Source of the DNA: Candidatus Latescibacterota bacterium
Lineage (GTDB): Bacteria > Latescibacterota > UBA2968 > GCA-2709665
Length of the DNA stretch: 64,000 nt
Assembly (NCBI GenBank): GCA_965116875.1
Contig: OZ220733.1
Span: forward strand, 2,528,001 to 2,592,000
Direction: 5' to 3'
Position numbers and translations under genes: made by a program. The notes below the pieces were generated by a model. The model made no database searches. It was not told where the DNA came from and worked only from the letters and a program-made list of their open reading frames with translations. Numbering within the stretch: position 1 is the first letter of the stretch; each line of letters opens with the position of its first letter. This document shows positions 45,657-55,644 of the stretch, one piece after another.

Positions 45657-45860
45657 TCATGTTTCCGAAATATTCAACTGGCCGATCCATCTCCGGCAGG
45701 CGGCATAACCGGTTGATTTGATCTGTCGTCTAAGCCGCGCGACCGATTCCGTTCTTTCCTCCCGATTGAACTCCCGACTATCCAGGCTCTTGGCCACACT
45801 GACGTTTCCGGAACCAGCCAGGAAACTCCTCGTAAGACCAATCACTTCAACTTCCGCCAC
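45657..45860 (-). pseudogene. Probable remnant of a third hybrid-kinase copy
   Basis: VAKSLDSREFNREE resembles the GAF segment VAKSDPGREFSRED; LRRQI..TGY(R)LPE, with one frameshift, resembles the wHTH end; same position and orientation as the intact kinases. Confidence 0.45.
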
Positions 45861-46277
45861 GCCAGGATATCACGAAAAATACACAAATAGTACGAAAAAT
45901 ACTTCCTTATATCACAAATTATCGTATATTCGCTCCAAATTGACATGTTTATTTCGCAATAATTCGTAACGGGAACGGCCATACCGGTACTCTGGACCCC
46001 TCCTGACGCCCGCGGACCGCCTGCGACGTCCCGGTGTGGACTGCTATCGATATCACAGTGTCTCCGGCACATCCAATCACGCTGCGGGAGATGAGAATGC
46101 AGATGAGTCCGGCGGCGTGTTAAACGGGACGTTGGAAACCGGATCTAATCGTTTCGTGGGGAGCACATCATCGGCTAGCCGTGAACGAAAGCGATTACAG
46201 GCAGTTGGAGATACAGGAAGATGTTATGCCTTTGGCCGTAGTCGACATGCGAAACGACATGCGCAGACCTCAGATGG

Positions 46278-49200
46278 ATGGATAACCGAACCGTGCTACC
46301 GGAGAATGACGTCGGAATACAACGTCTCGCCCCCGGCGTCCTCATTCTGCTTTGCCTGTTGTTGTTCGTGCTTCCCTGGTCACCGTCAACGCAGCCCAGC
46401 GGTTTTTCCCTCACGCTGGACCTGGACGCCGCGGCGGGCGACCAGAGCGTCCCCTCGCTCGACCTCCTTCCCGATCAGTCTTTCTCTATCCAGATCTTCG
46501 GCACGGATATCCAGGGCGCCACAGGTGTCTCTATCCGCTTGCGTTTCGACGCATCTCAGGTCACCTACGAGGGCATCGATGCCGGCGACGCGCTGCCGTA
46601 CGCCCAGGAGGTCGCAGAGGAGGACTCCTCGTCGGTCCGAATAGGTGTCTCTTCGCTGACCGGTTCCGCAACTAAAAGCTCCGGTTGGATCGGCACGCTG
46701 CGATTCCGAACGACGGACGCATTCTCTGATACAGAGATTTGGCTGGTGGATGCCGAGCTTACCCGTGCCGGGCAGACCGAGACGATCTCGCCCGCCGTGG
46801 GTGTGGCACTGCAGGTGGCCGCACCGCCGTCGCCTGACTTCGACGGCAACGGGGTGGTGGGCTTCTCGGACTTCGTGGCGTTCGCGGGCCTCTTCGGTGC
46901 GCGGCGCGGCGACGGCAAGTACGTGGCGGCGTACGATCTGGACGGCGACGGCGGCATCGGCTTCGACGACTTTGTGGTCTTCGCCAGCAGCTTCGGCGCA
47001 GAGGCCAACCGCGCACCGGTGTTTAGCGTATCGACGCCGGTAGCGCGCACCATGGAAGAGAACACGGCGGCGGGAGAGCCCATCGGGGATCCCGTGTCGG
47101 CCACGGACGCTGACGGCGACTCCCTGACGTACCGCCTGCGCGGCGTACACGCGGACAGCTTTTCCATCGAGGCGGGCACGGGTCAACTGCTGACAAGAGA
47201 GGGGGTTGCCTACGACCACGAGGCCAGGAACACCTACTCCGTGACGGTGCGGGCCAGCGACGGTCAGGGCGGCCGCGCCACGATTGTGGCGGGCATCACG
47301 GTCACGGACGTGGACGAACCGCCCACCGCGGCGCCGGACAGCGTGGCGGTGGCCTCACTCGACAGCGCCCTTTCCGTAACGTGGCTTGCGGCGATGGACG
47401 AAGCGGGCAGGCCTCCCGTGAGCGGATACGAGGTGGGGCACAAGCAGGCGGATGCCGAGGCGTGGCCGGAGGGAATGCTGCTGGTGGAAGGGCGCACTGA
47501 TACGGGCGTGACGATACCGGGTCTGACCAACGAGCAGGCGTATCACGTGCGTGTGCGCACAATGAACGAGGAGGGAGGGAGCCCCTGGTCGGAGACCGTT
47601 GCCGGCGCGCCCACGGCGGGTCCGCGGCCCAGGGGTGTGGTCCGCGACCTGAAGGTGGACGTCGACAGCGTCGCGCAGGTGAACCTGGCCGGCCTGTTCA
47701 CACGTCCCGCTCTCGGGACGCTGACGTATGACGCGACGTCGTCCAACGAGGGGGTGGCCACGGTGACCGTATCGGATACGCTGGCGGCGGTACGCGGCGT
47801 GCGGGCCGGGCGCGCGACCCTCACGGCCACGGCCGGTGACGTGCACGGCAACAGCGCACAGACGACCTTCGGCGTCATCGTAACGGGAACGGGGCCGCCA
47901 CCGGGAACCGGCGGCGGTGGGGGTGGCGGCCCCGTCGGACCGATAGGACCATTCGTGCCGCCAACTCCGCCTCAGCCACCTCAGCCGCCTGCCAACAATC
48001 GCGCGCCAACCTTCGACGACGGGGGCAGCACGGCGCGCACCGTGGCGGAGAACACACCCGCGCGCCGTCCCATACAGCATCCAGTGCGCGCCACCGACCC
48101 GGACGGACACCGGGTGACGTACAGGTTATCGGGGCCGGACTCCGCCAGCTTCTCAGTAGACACGGGCAGCGGGCAGTTGCGCACGTTGTCGGGCGTCACG
48201 TACGACTTCGAGGATAACGACCGCTATTCCGTTGACCTGGAAGGCAGCGACCCCTATGGCGAATCGGCAACGATCGGCGTGACCATCCACGTGGCGGACG
48301 TGAATGAACCGCCGGAGATTCCCGCCGCGCCTTTGGTACAACCGGCCTCCACGACGAGCCTGACGGTGACGTGGGACGCTCCCGACAACACGGGTCCCGA
48401 CATCACGGACTACGACGTTCAATACCGGAAGAGCGGCAGCTTCCTCCCCCATACGCACGACGGGCCGGGTACGAGTGCGACGATCAGCGACCTCGACGTG
48501 AATACCCGGTACGAGGTGCAGGTGCGTGCAACCAACGACGAAGGCACCTCCCAGTATTCCCGCTCCGGCTTCGGCACCACGAGTGCCAACCTGCCTCCGG
48601 TGTTCGCCGAGGGTCGGAGCACGACGCGCGAAGTCGCTGAGAATACCACCGGTGTACTGGACCTGGGCTCCCCGGTCAGCGCAACCGATCCGGAGAACAC
48701 CGCGGTGACGTACCGCCTCACCCGCGGCGACGTGGAGAGTTTTGACATCGACGCGAATACCGGTCAGCTTCAGACCGCCGATGACGTCGACTACGACTTC
48801 GAGACGAAGAATCGTTACTCGGTCACGGTGGAAGCGCAGGACGAGCAGGGCGGGCTGGCGACCATTACGGTGACCATCAACGTGACCGACGACGACAGCG
48901 AAGACCCGGAAGCGCCGGACAGGCCCACGGTCACCGCACAGACGCTGAGCAGCCTGTCCATTCGCTGGACGGCGCCTGCCAACACGGGTCCGGCCATCAA
49001 CGACTACGACGTGCAATACAGACAGGGAAGCAGCGGCTCTTTCTCCCCGTGGACGCACGACGGGCCAAGCACGACCACGACCGTCACCGGCCTGAACCCG
49101 AACACCGCGTACCAGGTGCAGGTGCTGGCGCGTTCTCCCGAAGGGGAAAGCTCCTGGTCTGCGTCGGCAGATGCCAGGACCGTGGCCAACCGCGCGCCCA

Positions 49201-52200
49201 CGTTCAACGAGGGCACGAGCACCACGCGCTCGCTGGTGGAGAACACCACGGGGACGAACGATATCGGCAATCCCCTAAACGCCAGGGATCACGACGGCGG
49301 CACGCTAACCTACGCCCTGGAAGGCACGGACCGGGCCGCCTTCGCCCTTGACGGCAACCAGCTGCAGACGTTTACCGGACAGACCTACGACTTCGAGGCG
49401 AAACCCCGATATGACGTCATCGTCCGCGTTGAAGACGGGCAGGGCGGCAGCAACACCATTGCGGTCAGGATCAATCTGACGGACCAGCAGGAGAAACCGG
49501 GCACGCCTGACGCGCCGGACGTCGCCGCGGCCTCGTCCACCAGCCTGGAGGTGACGTGGGACGAACCCGCAAACACCGGCCCCGACGTCAACGACTACGA
49601 CGTGCAGTACCGGCAAGGGGAAAGCGGCGGCTTCCGTTCCTGGGCGCACAACAGCACCGAGCGCACCGCCACCATCACGGCCCTGGTCCCGGACTCCTCC
49701 TACCAGGTGCAGGTGCTGGCGCGGTCTCCCGAAGGCACGAGCGACTGGTCAGAGTCGGGCACGGGAAGCACCGACCCCAATCAACCGCCTGAATTTACCG
49801 ACGGAAACAGCGCCACGCGCACCCTGGCGGAGAACACGACGGGCGTGAAGGACATCGGCGATCCGGTGTCCGCCACCGACGCCGAGATGACAACACCGAC
49901 CTACGCCCTGGAAGGCACGCATGCGGATTCTTTTTCGATCGACACCCGCAGCGGACAGCTCAAGACCCGATCGGGCAGGACCTACGATTTCGAGGCACTG
50001 TCCCGCTATTCGGTCAGTGTCAAAGCCACGGACGGCCACGGCGGCGAGGGCAGCATCCCCGTGTCCATCGACCTGACGGATCTGAACGAGGTTCCCGTGT
50101 TCACCGGGGAGGCGACGCTGGAGGCGGCGGAGAATCAGTCCTTCGCCGGGACGGTCGCCGCCGCCGACCCGGACATGGGCGATGCCATCACGGACTACAC
50201 GATTACGGCAGGCAGCGACCGCGCCAGACTCGACATCAGCAGCACGGGCGCGCTGACCTTCAGGGATGACCCGGACTTCGAGCGTCCCGTGGACGCGGGA
50301 AGCAACAACAGATACGTCGTACAGATCACCGTCACAGGCGGGTCGGGCGGTCGCGCGCTGACGGCCGCGCAGACGGTTACGGTCAACGTCACCGACGAGA
50401 ACGAGCCGCCCCACTTCACCAGCGCGGATACATTCGCAATCAAGGAAAACGTACAACTGGCAGGGCGGCTGGCCGCGCAGGACGTGGACAGGGACGATGG
50501 TATCACTGGATACACCGTCTCCGGCGGTGCGGACAGAGATGACTTCGAAATCAAAAACACGAGGGAGCTGCACTTCAAAGAGGATCCCGACTTCGAGCGG
50601 CCGGCGGACGCGGAGGGCGACAACGAGTACACCGTCCAGGTGGAGGTGACGGGCGGTGCGGACACACGGGCGCTGACGGCGACGCAGACCATCACCGTGA
50701 CTGTGGAGGACGACGTGGAGCCACCGGGCAAGCCCGCCCCGCCCGTGGTGAGCGACACCACGGAGAGCAGCCTCACGGTGCGCTGGGACGAGCCCGACAA
50801 CACCGGTCCGGAACTCACGAACTATTTCCTGCAGTACCGTGACACCGGTTCGTTCACCGCTTCTCCTGACAGCAGCACGACGCGTAACCGAACGCTCTCC
50901 AATCTCCGCGCGGGCAGGACCTATCAGTTCCAGGTGCAGGCAAAAAACGACGAAGGCACGGGGCCCTGGTCCAATATTGGCAGCGGGACCACGCTCACGG
51001 CCCCGACAGTATCGAATATCGCTTTCTCCTCCACGCCGCCGTCGGGACAGAACAGCACATACAAGAAGGACGACGTGATCGACGTCACTGTCACCTTTAC
51101 CGAGGCGGTGACCGTCACTGGCACGCCGCAGATCGACCTCACCATCGGATCCATCGTGCGCGGGGCGGACTACAAGAGCGGATCGACGACGACCCAACTT
51201 CTGTTCCGGTACACGGTCACAGACATCGACGAGGACACCAACGGCGCGACCATCAACGCCAACGGCCTTAAACTCAACGGCGGCAGCATCGTCCGGAGCA
51301 ATTCCACCATCAATGCCGACCTGGCGCACGCCGCCCGCGCCAATCAGTCCAGCCACAATGTCGACGGCAAAGCGCCGACCCCCACCAAAGCCGAAGTGGA
51401 TGGCGACGAACTGACCCTCACGTACGGAGAAAGGCTCGACGTCGCTTCGAGGCCGGCGGCCGGGGATTTCGCTGTGACCGTAGACAGCGAGGCGCGAAGC
51501 GTTACCGCGGTGGTCATGAGCAATACCGCATTGACACTCACCCTCGCCTCGGCCGTGAGTACGGGCGAGACGGTGGCGCTGGCCTACACCCCGGGGGCCA
51601 ACCCGATCCGTGACCGGGCGCGGAACCCCGCCGGCACGCTGAGCAACCTGGCGGTGACCAACCTCCAGGACGTCTGCAACCGCACCGCGCAGGTGCGGGA
51701 CGAGATTGTGGATGAAGCAGGGGTCAGCGCCTGCGGCGACGTAACTGCGGACCATCTGGCCGCGATCACCCGCCTCTCCCTGAGCGACGAGAGCATCTCC
51801 ACGCTGAAAGCCGGCGACTTTGCCGGGCTGACGAGCCTGGAGACACTCTACCTGTCAGACAACAGCATCAGCACCCTGCCGGCGAACATCTTCTCCGACC
51901 TGTCGGCCCTGGAAGAGCTCTACCTCAAGCAGAACAACCTCTCCAACCTCGGAGCGAACACGTTCTCGGGACTGACCTCCCTGTCATCTCTCGACATGTC
52001 CTTCAGCCAGCTCGGCGACTTCGACGCCGGCCTGTTCTCCGGGCTGACGTCCCTGACCCATCTCGATCTGCTGAGCGCAGGTATCTTCAACCTGCCGGCC
52101 AACGGCTTCTCCGCGTTGACGGCGCTGGAGACACTCATCCTTCGAAGCAACCCCCTGGGCGACCTCGCCGCCGACGAATTCTCCGGATTGTCGGGGCTGG

Positions 52201-55200
52201 AACACCTCGACCTGAGCAGTACCCGAATCACCAGCCTTCCCACGGACGTCTTCTCCAACCTGTCCGGGCTAAAGCGCCTCGACCTGGAGTATGCCCGGCT
52301 CACCAGCTTTCCGCCGACCGTGTTCTCCAGCTTGTCGTCGCTCGAACACCTCGGCCTGAACCTCAATAGGATGAGCAGTGGCAGCCTAGACGCCGGCCTG
52401 TTCTCCGGGCTGACGTCCCTGACTCATCTTGACCTGCGCAGCATGGATCTCACCTCCGTGCCCGCCAACCTCTTCTCCGGGCTGACTGACCTCGAGTTCC
52501 TCGATCTGGGCTACAACAACGACCTCGCCACACTGCCGGCGACCGTCTTTTCAGACCTGACGGAACTGAGAACGCTGAACATGAGAACCAACGACATCTC
52601 CACCCTGCCGGTGGACCTTCTCTCCGGACTGACGGAGCTGAGATCGCTGGACCTCAGACAATGGGACCTGTCGAAACTGCCGGACGGCGCCTTTTCCGGA
52701 CTGACGAAGCTGACCAAGCTCCAACTCCAGTGGAACACGGTCGACCCCCTGCCGATCACCGTGTCGTTGGAATCGGCAGGGACGGATCAGTTCGTTGCCA
52801 CAGCACACACCGGCGCACCCTTTGATATGGTTCTTCCGCTGCGGCTTTCCAACGGCGAGATCGACGGTGGAGAGACGAATATTACGATCTCCCAGGGCAG
52901 CGTCAGGAGCGAGCCACTCACGGTTTCCCGCACCGCCGGGACCAGTGCGGCGGTCACCGTCGATCTCGGGGCGCTGCCGGAACTGCCCGGGAACGACAAC
53001 GGCTACGAGTTGGTGCGGTCCGCCGACCTGCCTCTGGTCGTCATCGCCGCCGAGAAAGGCGTGGAGATCTATCCCACGGAACTGACCCTGGCGGAGGACG
53101 ACAGCGACACCTACACGGTGTTGCTGACCATGGAGCCCACCGCCGACGTGACGGTGACGGTGACCGTGCCCTCTGGGGCCGATGTCACCGTGAACCCGTC
53201 GCCACTGACCTTCACCACCGGCAACTGGGATGCGCCGCAGACCGTGACGGTGAGTACCAGCGCCGACACCGACACCGACGACGACGAGGTCACCCTGACC
53301 CACACGGTGAGCGGCGGCGGCTACCAGAGCGTGACCGCCGCCGACGTGGAAGTGACGGTCACGGAGACCGCGGTCACTGCCAACAGCCCGCCGTCCATCT
53401 TCCACAATTCCTGGACCGTGGATGAAAACTTCACCGGTACCATTTCCATAGTAGGAACGGATCCGGATGACAGGGACTATATCACCGGATATGAACTTAC
53501 CGGAGGACGCGACCGGGCGCTGTTCGGGATCGTCACCCGCGGTGGACAGGGCGAGCTTTCCTTCGTCTCCATACCGGACTACGAGCGTCCGGCCGGCACG
53601 AGCAACCGGAATGAGATCGTCGTCACGGTCACCAGCGGCATGGGTACCCGGCAACGGACGGGGCAGCAGCAGATCGCCATCAATGTTTCCGACGTGGACG
53701 AACCCCCGGGCCGGCCGCCGGCGCCAAGGCTGAGTTTCCGAGACGGGATTACTCCCACCATCGCGGTGAGCATGGGGGGCCGGATCCCGCCGGTGAATAC
53801 GGGGCCGGAAATCACTGGCTGGGGAGTGCAATACCGGGAGAAGGACAGCGGCGACGATTTCACCAGTGCCACGTACACGTCCGGGACCCTGGACGGGCGG
53901 ATCGAGAATCTGACGAAAGGCCTTACTTACGAGGTGCAGGTGCAGGCGAAGAACGACGAAGGGGACAGTGAGTGGTCCCCCTCGGAGGAGATAGAGATTC
54001 CCAACCAGCCGCCGGTCGCCGTCGGCTCCTTCGACGATCTCACGCTGGCGGTGGGAGGCGCCGTCGAGATCGTATCCGTAGACGGCGTGTTCAGCAGCCC
54101 GGACCGGGACCTGCTCACCTATACCGCGTCGTCCGGCAACACGGCTGCCGCTACCGTCCGGATGATCGCCACGGAGATCCTCGTAGATCCGCAGGCCGCC
54201 GGTAGCGCGACAATCACGGTGACGGCCAGCGATCCTTACGGGGCATCCGACTCGGAGACGTTCGACGTCACGGTCCAGACACCGACCCTTTCGGCGCCCA
54301 ACCTGACCATTGCCGGCAACCTCTTCACGCTGTCATTCACCGATGATTTCGCGGCCGACGAAACGCGGGCGTACACGGTCAGGATCCGGCACAAGTCGAA
54401 TCATGGACCCTGGGCGACGGGGTGTCATACCGAGACCAACGATGAAGCTTCGCAACAATCCATTTCGGTGACGCTGGAGGACGCGGTGTCGGATTTCTTC
54501 GAGCCGGGCTCCACGTATGAGGCGGACTACGGCTACCTGGGGTCATCCTGCGACGGCAGCCTGACGGGTTCCAGGTCCGCGACCGACGAGGAGACCACTT
54601 CCGGGTCCGCTTCCTTCGATATCGAGCTTGTCTTCGTCGGCAGCGTCTCCTCGACATACCGGACCTATGTTGAAGACGCGGCCGAGCGCTGGGAGGAGAT
54701 CATCACCGGCGATCTTCCCAACCATCGTTTACCCAGCAGCAATCGCAGTTTCCTGAATGGGGAATTTCCGGGGACTGCCGCCCCCGAGGTTGTGGATGAT
54801 CTCCTGCTCTACGTGCGCGTCGTTGACCTGGTCGGTGTGATCGGACAGGGGGCGTCGGTGGTGCACCGGATCCCCTCCTTCCTGCCTGCCGTATCCCGAA
54901 TAAAGCTCGATACGGACATACTGAGCACGTATTCGGAAGAAATACAGAGAGCCGTCGTTCTGCACGAGATAGGCCACGCGCTGGGATTCTCAGCCAAAGC
55001 CTGGACATTTCTCGACCTGCTGAAGGACCCCTCCCTCACTCCATTCCAAACTCCCATCGATCCCGCTCCGGACACCTATTTCCCGGGCGCCAAGGCGATT
55101 GCCGCCTTCGACGCGGCGGGCGGAACGAGCTACACCGGCGCCAGGGTGCCGGTGGAGAACTCCGGCGGAGCGGGCAGCCGGGACAGCCACTGGCGGGAAT

Positions 55201-55478
55201 CCGTAATGGACGGCGAACTGATGACGTCAAGGCTGGAAGCCTATTCCAATCCGCTCAGCGCAATCACCATCCAGGCGATGGCCGACCTGGGCTACACCGT
55301 GGACGTCACGCAGGCCGACGCCTACACCCTGCCTGCCTCTTCAAAGATCGCGATAGGAACTGCCGCAGAGCAGGTTCCGCTCAACTGTGTGATTGAACAC
55401 ACGGAGATCGTGGCCGATCAGCCCGAACCCGTCATTCTGAATCTTCGCAGGGTCAGTGACAGTCAAACCCAGGAGTAA
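46278..55478 (+). CDS. Giant (3066 aa) secreted adhesin-protease: cohesin-like, dockerin-like, cadherin/FN3 repeats, SwmB-like, LRR array, Calx-beta-like, leishmanolysin-like (M8)
   Basis: About 8 cadherin and about 6 FN3 units; about 13 LPxxxFSGLxxLxxLxL repeats (51760-52750); LTFTTGNWDAPQTVTV; HEIGHALG at 54963 with SHW..GELM. Confidence 0.88.
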   Translation: MDNRTVLPENDVGIQRLAPGVLILLCLLLFVLPWSPSTQPSGFSLTLDLDAAAGDQSVPSLDLLPDQSFSIQIFGTDIQGATGVSIRLRFDASQVTYEGIDAGDALPYAQEVAEEDSSSVRIGVSSLTGSATKSSGWIGTLRFRTTDAFSDTEIWLVDAELTRAGQTETISPAVGVALQVAAPPSPDFDGNGVVGFSDFVAFAGLFGARRGDGKYVAAYDLDGDGGIGFDDFVVFASSFGAEANRAPVFSVSTPVARTMEENTAAGEPIGDPVSATDADGDSLTYRLRGVHADSFSIEAGTGQLLTREGVAYDHEARNTYSVTVRASDGQGGRATIVAGITVTDVDEPPTAAPDSVAVASLDSALSVTWLAAMDEAGRPPVSGYEVGHKQADAEAWPEGMLLVEGRTDTGVTIPGLTNEQAYHVRVRTMNEEGGSPWSETVAGAPTAGPRPRGVVRDLKVDVDSVAQVNLAGLFTRPALGTLTYDATSSNEGVATVTVSDTLAAVRGVRAGRATLTATAGDVHGNSAQTTFGVIVTGTGPPPGTGGGGGGGPVGPIGPFVPPTPPQPPQPPANNRAPTFDDGGSTARTVAENTPARRPIQHPVRATDPDGHRVTYRLSGPDSASFSVDTGSGQLRTLSGVTYDFEDNDRYSVDLEGSDPYGESATIGVTIHVADVNEPPEIPAAPLVQPASTTSLTVTWDAPDNTGPDITDYDVQYRKSGSFLPHTHDGPGTSATISDLDVNTRYEVQVRATNDEGTSQYSRSGFGTTSANLPPVFAEGRSTTREVAENTTGVLDLGSPVSATDPENTAVTYRLTRGDVESFDIDANTGQLQTADDVDYDFETKNRYSVTVEAQDEQGGLATITVTINVTDDDSEDPEAPDRPTVTAQTLSSLSIRWTAPANTGPAINDYDVQYRQGSSGSFSPWTHDGPSTTTTVTGLNPNTAYQVQVLARSPEGESSWSASADARTVANRAPTFNEGTSTTRSLVENTTGTNDIGNPLNARDHDGGTLTYALEGTDRAAFALDGNQLQTFTGQTYDFEAKPRYDVIVRVEDGQGGSNTIAVRINLTDQQEKPGTPDAPDVAAASSTSLEVTWDEPANTGPDVNDYDVQYRQGESGGFRSWAHNSTERTATITALVPDSSYQVQVLARSPEGTSDWSESGTGSTDPNQPPEFTDGNSATRTLAENTTGVKDIGDPVSATDAEMTTPTYALEGTHADSFSIDTRSGQLKTRSGRTYDFEALSRYSVSVKATDGHGGEGSIPVSIDLTDLNEVPVFTGEATLEAAENQSFAGTVAAADPDMGDAITDYTITAGSDRARLDISSTGALTFRDDPDFERPVDAGSNNRYVVQITVTGGSGGRALTAAQTVTVNVTDENEPPHFTSADTFAIKENVQLAGRLAAQDVDRDDGITGYTVSGGADRDDFEIKNTRELHFKEDPDFERPADAEGDNEYTVQVEVTGGADTRALTATQTITVTVEDDVEPPGKPAPPVVSDTTESSLTVRWDEPDNTGPELTNYFLQYRDTGSFTASPDSSTTRNRTLSNLRAGRTYQFQVQAKNDEGTGPWSNIGSGTTLTAPTVSNIAFSSTPPSGQNSTYKKDDVIDVTVTFTEAVTVTGTPQIDLTIGSIVRGADYKSGSTTTQLLFRYTVTDIDEDTNGATINANGLKLNGGSIVRSNSTINADLAHAARANQSSHNVDGKAPTPTKAEVDGDELTLTYGERLDVASRPAAGDFAVTVDSEARSVTAVVMSNTALTLTLASAVSTGETVALAYTPGANPIRDRARNPAGTLSNLAVTNLQDVCNRTAQVRDEIVDEAGVSACGDVTADHLAAITRLSLSDESISTLKAGDFAGLTSLETLYLSDNSISTLPANIFSDLSALEELYLKQNNLSNLGANTFSGLTSLSSLDMSFSQLGDFDAGLFSGLTSLTHLDLLSAGIFNLPANGFSALTALETLILRSNPLGDLAADEFSGLSGLEHLDLSSTRITSLPTDVFSNLSGLKRLDLEYARLTSFPPTVFSSLSSLEHLGLNLNRMSSGSLDAGLFSGLTSLTHLDLRSMDLTSVPANLFSGLTDLEFLDLGYNNDLATLPATVFSDLTELRTLNMRTNDISTLPVDLLSGLTELRSLDLRQWDLSKLPDGAFSGLTKLTKLQLQWNTVDPLPITVSLESAGTDQFVATAHTGAPFDMVLPLRLSNGEIDGGETNITISQGSVRSEPLTVSRTAGTSAAVTVDLGALPELPGNDNGYELVRSADLPLVVIAAEKGVEIYPTELTLAEDDSDTYTVLLTMEPTADVTVTVTVPSGADVTVNPSPLTFTTGNWDAPQTVTVSTSADTDTDDDEVTLTHTVSGGGYQSVTAADVEVTVTETAVTANSPPSIFHNSWTVDENFTGTISIVGTDPDDRDYITGYELTGGRDRALFGIVTRGGQGELSFVSIPDYERPAGTSNRNEIVVTVTSGMGTRQRTGQQQIAINVSDVDEPPGRPPAPRLSFRDGITPTIAVSMGGRIPPVNTGPEITGWGVQYREKDSGDDFTSATYTSGTLDGRIENLTKGLTYEVQVQAKNDEGDSEWSPSEEIEIPNQPPVAVGSFDDLTLAVGGAVEIVSVDGVFSSPDRDLLTYTASSGNTAAATVRMIATEILVDPQAAGSATITVTASDPYGASDSETFDVTVQTPTLSAPNLTIAGNLFTLSFTDDFAADETRAYTVRIRHKSNHGPWATGCHTETNDEASQQSISVTLEDAVSDFFEPGSTYEADYGYLGSSCDGSLTGSRSATDEETTSGSASFDIELVFVGSVSSTYRTYVEDAAERWEEIITGDLPNHRLPSSNRSFLNGEFPGTAAPEVVDDLLLYVRVVDLVGVIGQGASVVHRIPSFLPAVSRIKLDTDILSTYSEEIQRAVVLHEIGHALGFSAKAWTFLDLLKDPSLTPFQTPIDPAPDTYFPGAKAIAAFDAAGGTSYTGARVPVENSGGAGSRDSHWRESVMDGELMTSRLEAYSNPLSAITIQAMADLGYTVDVTQADAYTLPASSKIAIGTAAEQVPLNCVIEHTEIVADQPEPVILNLRRVSDSQTQE

Positions 55479-55644
55479 AGCATATAAAGCAAGAGTACGT
55501 ACGACGTTCCCGCCTCGTCAGTCGATTCCACTTCCCCCTCCCACGACACGCCCGCGGTCGTGCGCTCAGTCGTCCCTCCGGCCCCCGTGCAGTCTATCCT
55601 GTCTTTTCTTCCTTATTACCAGTCGTCGCGCACCTGTGAACGGC

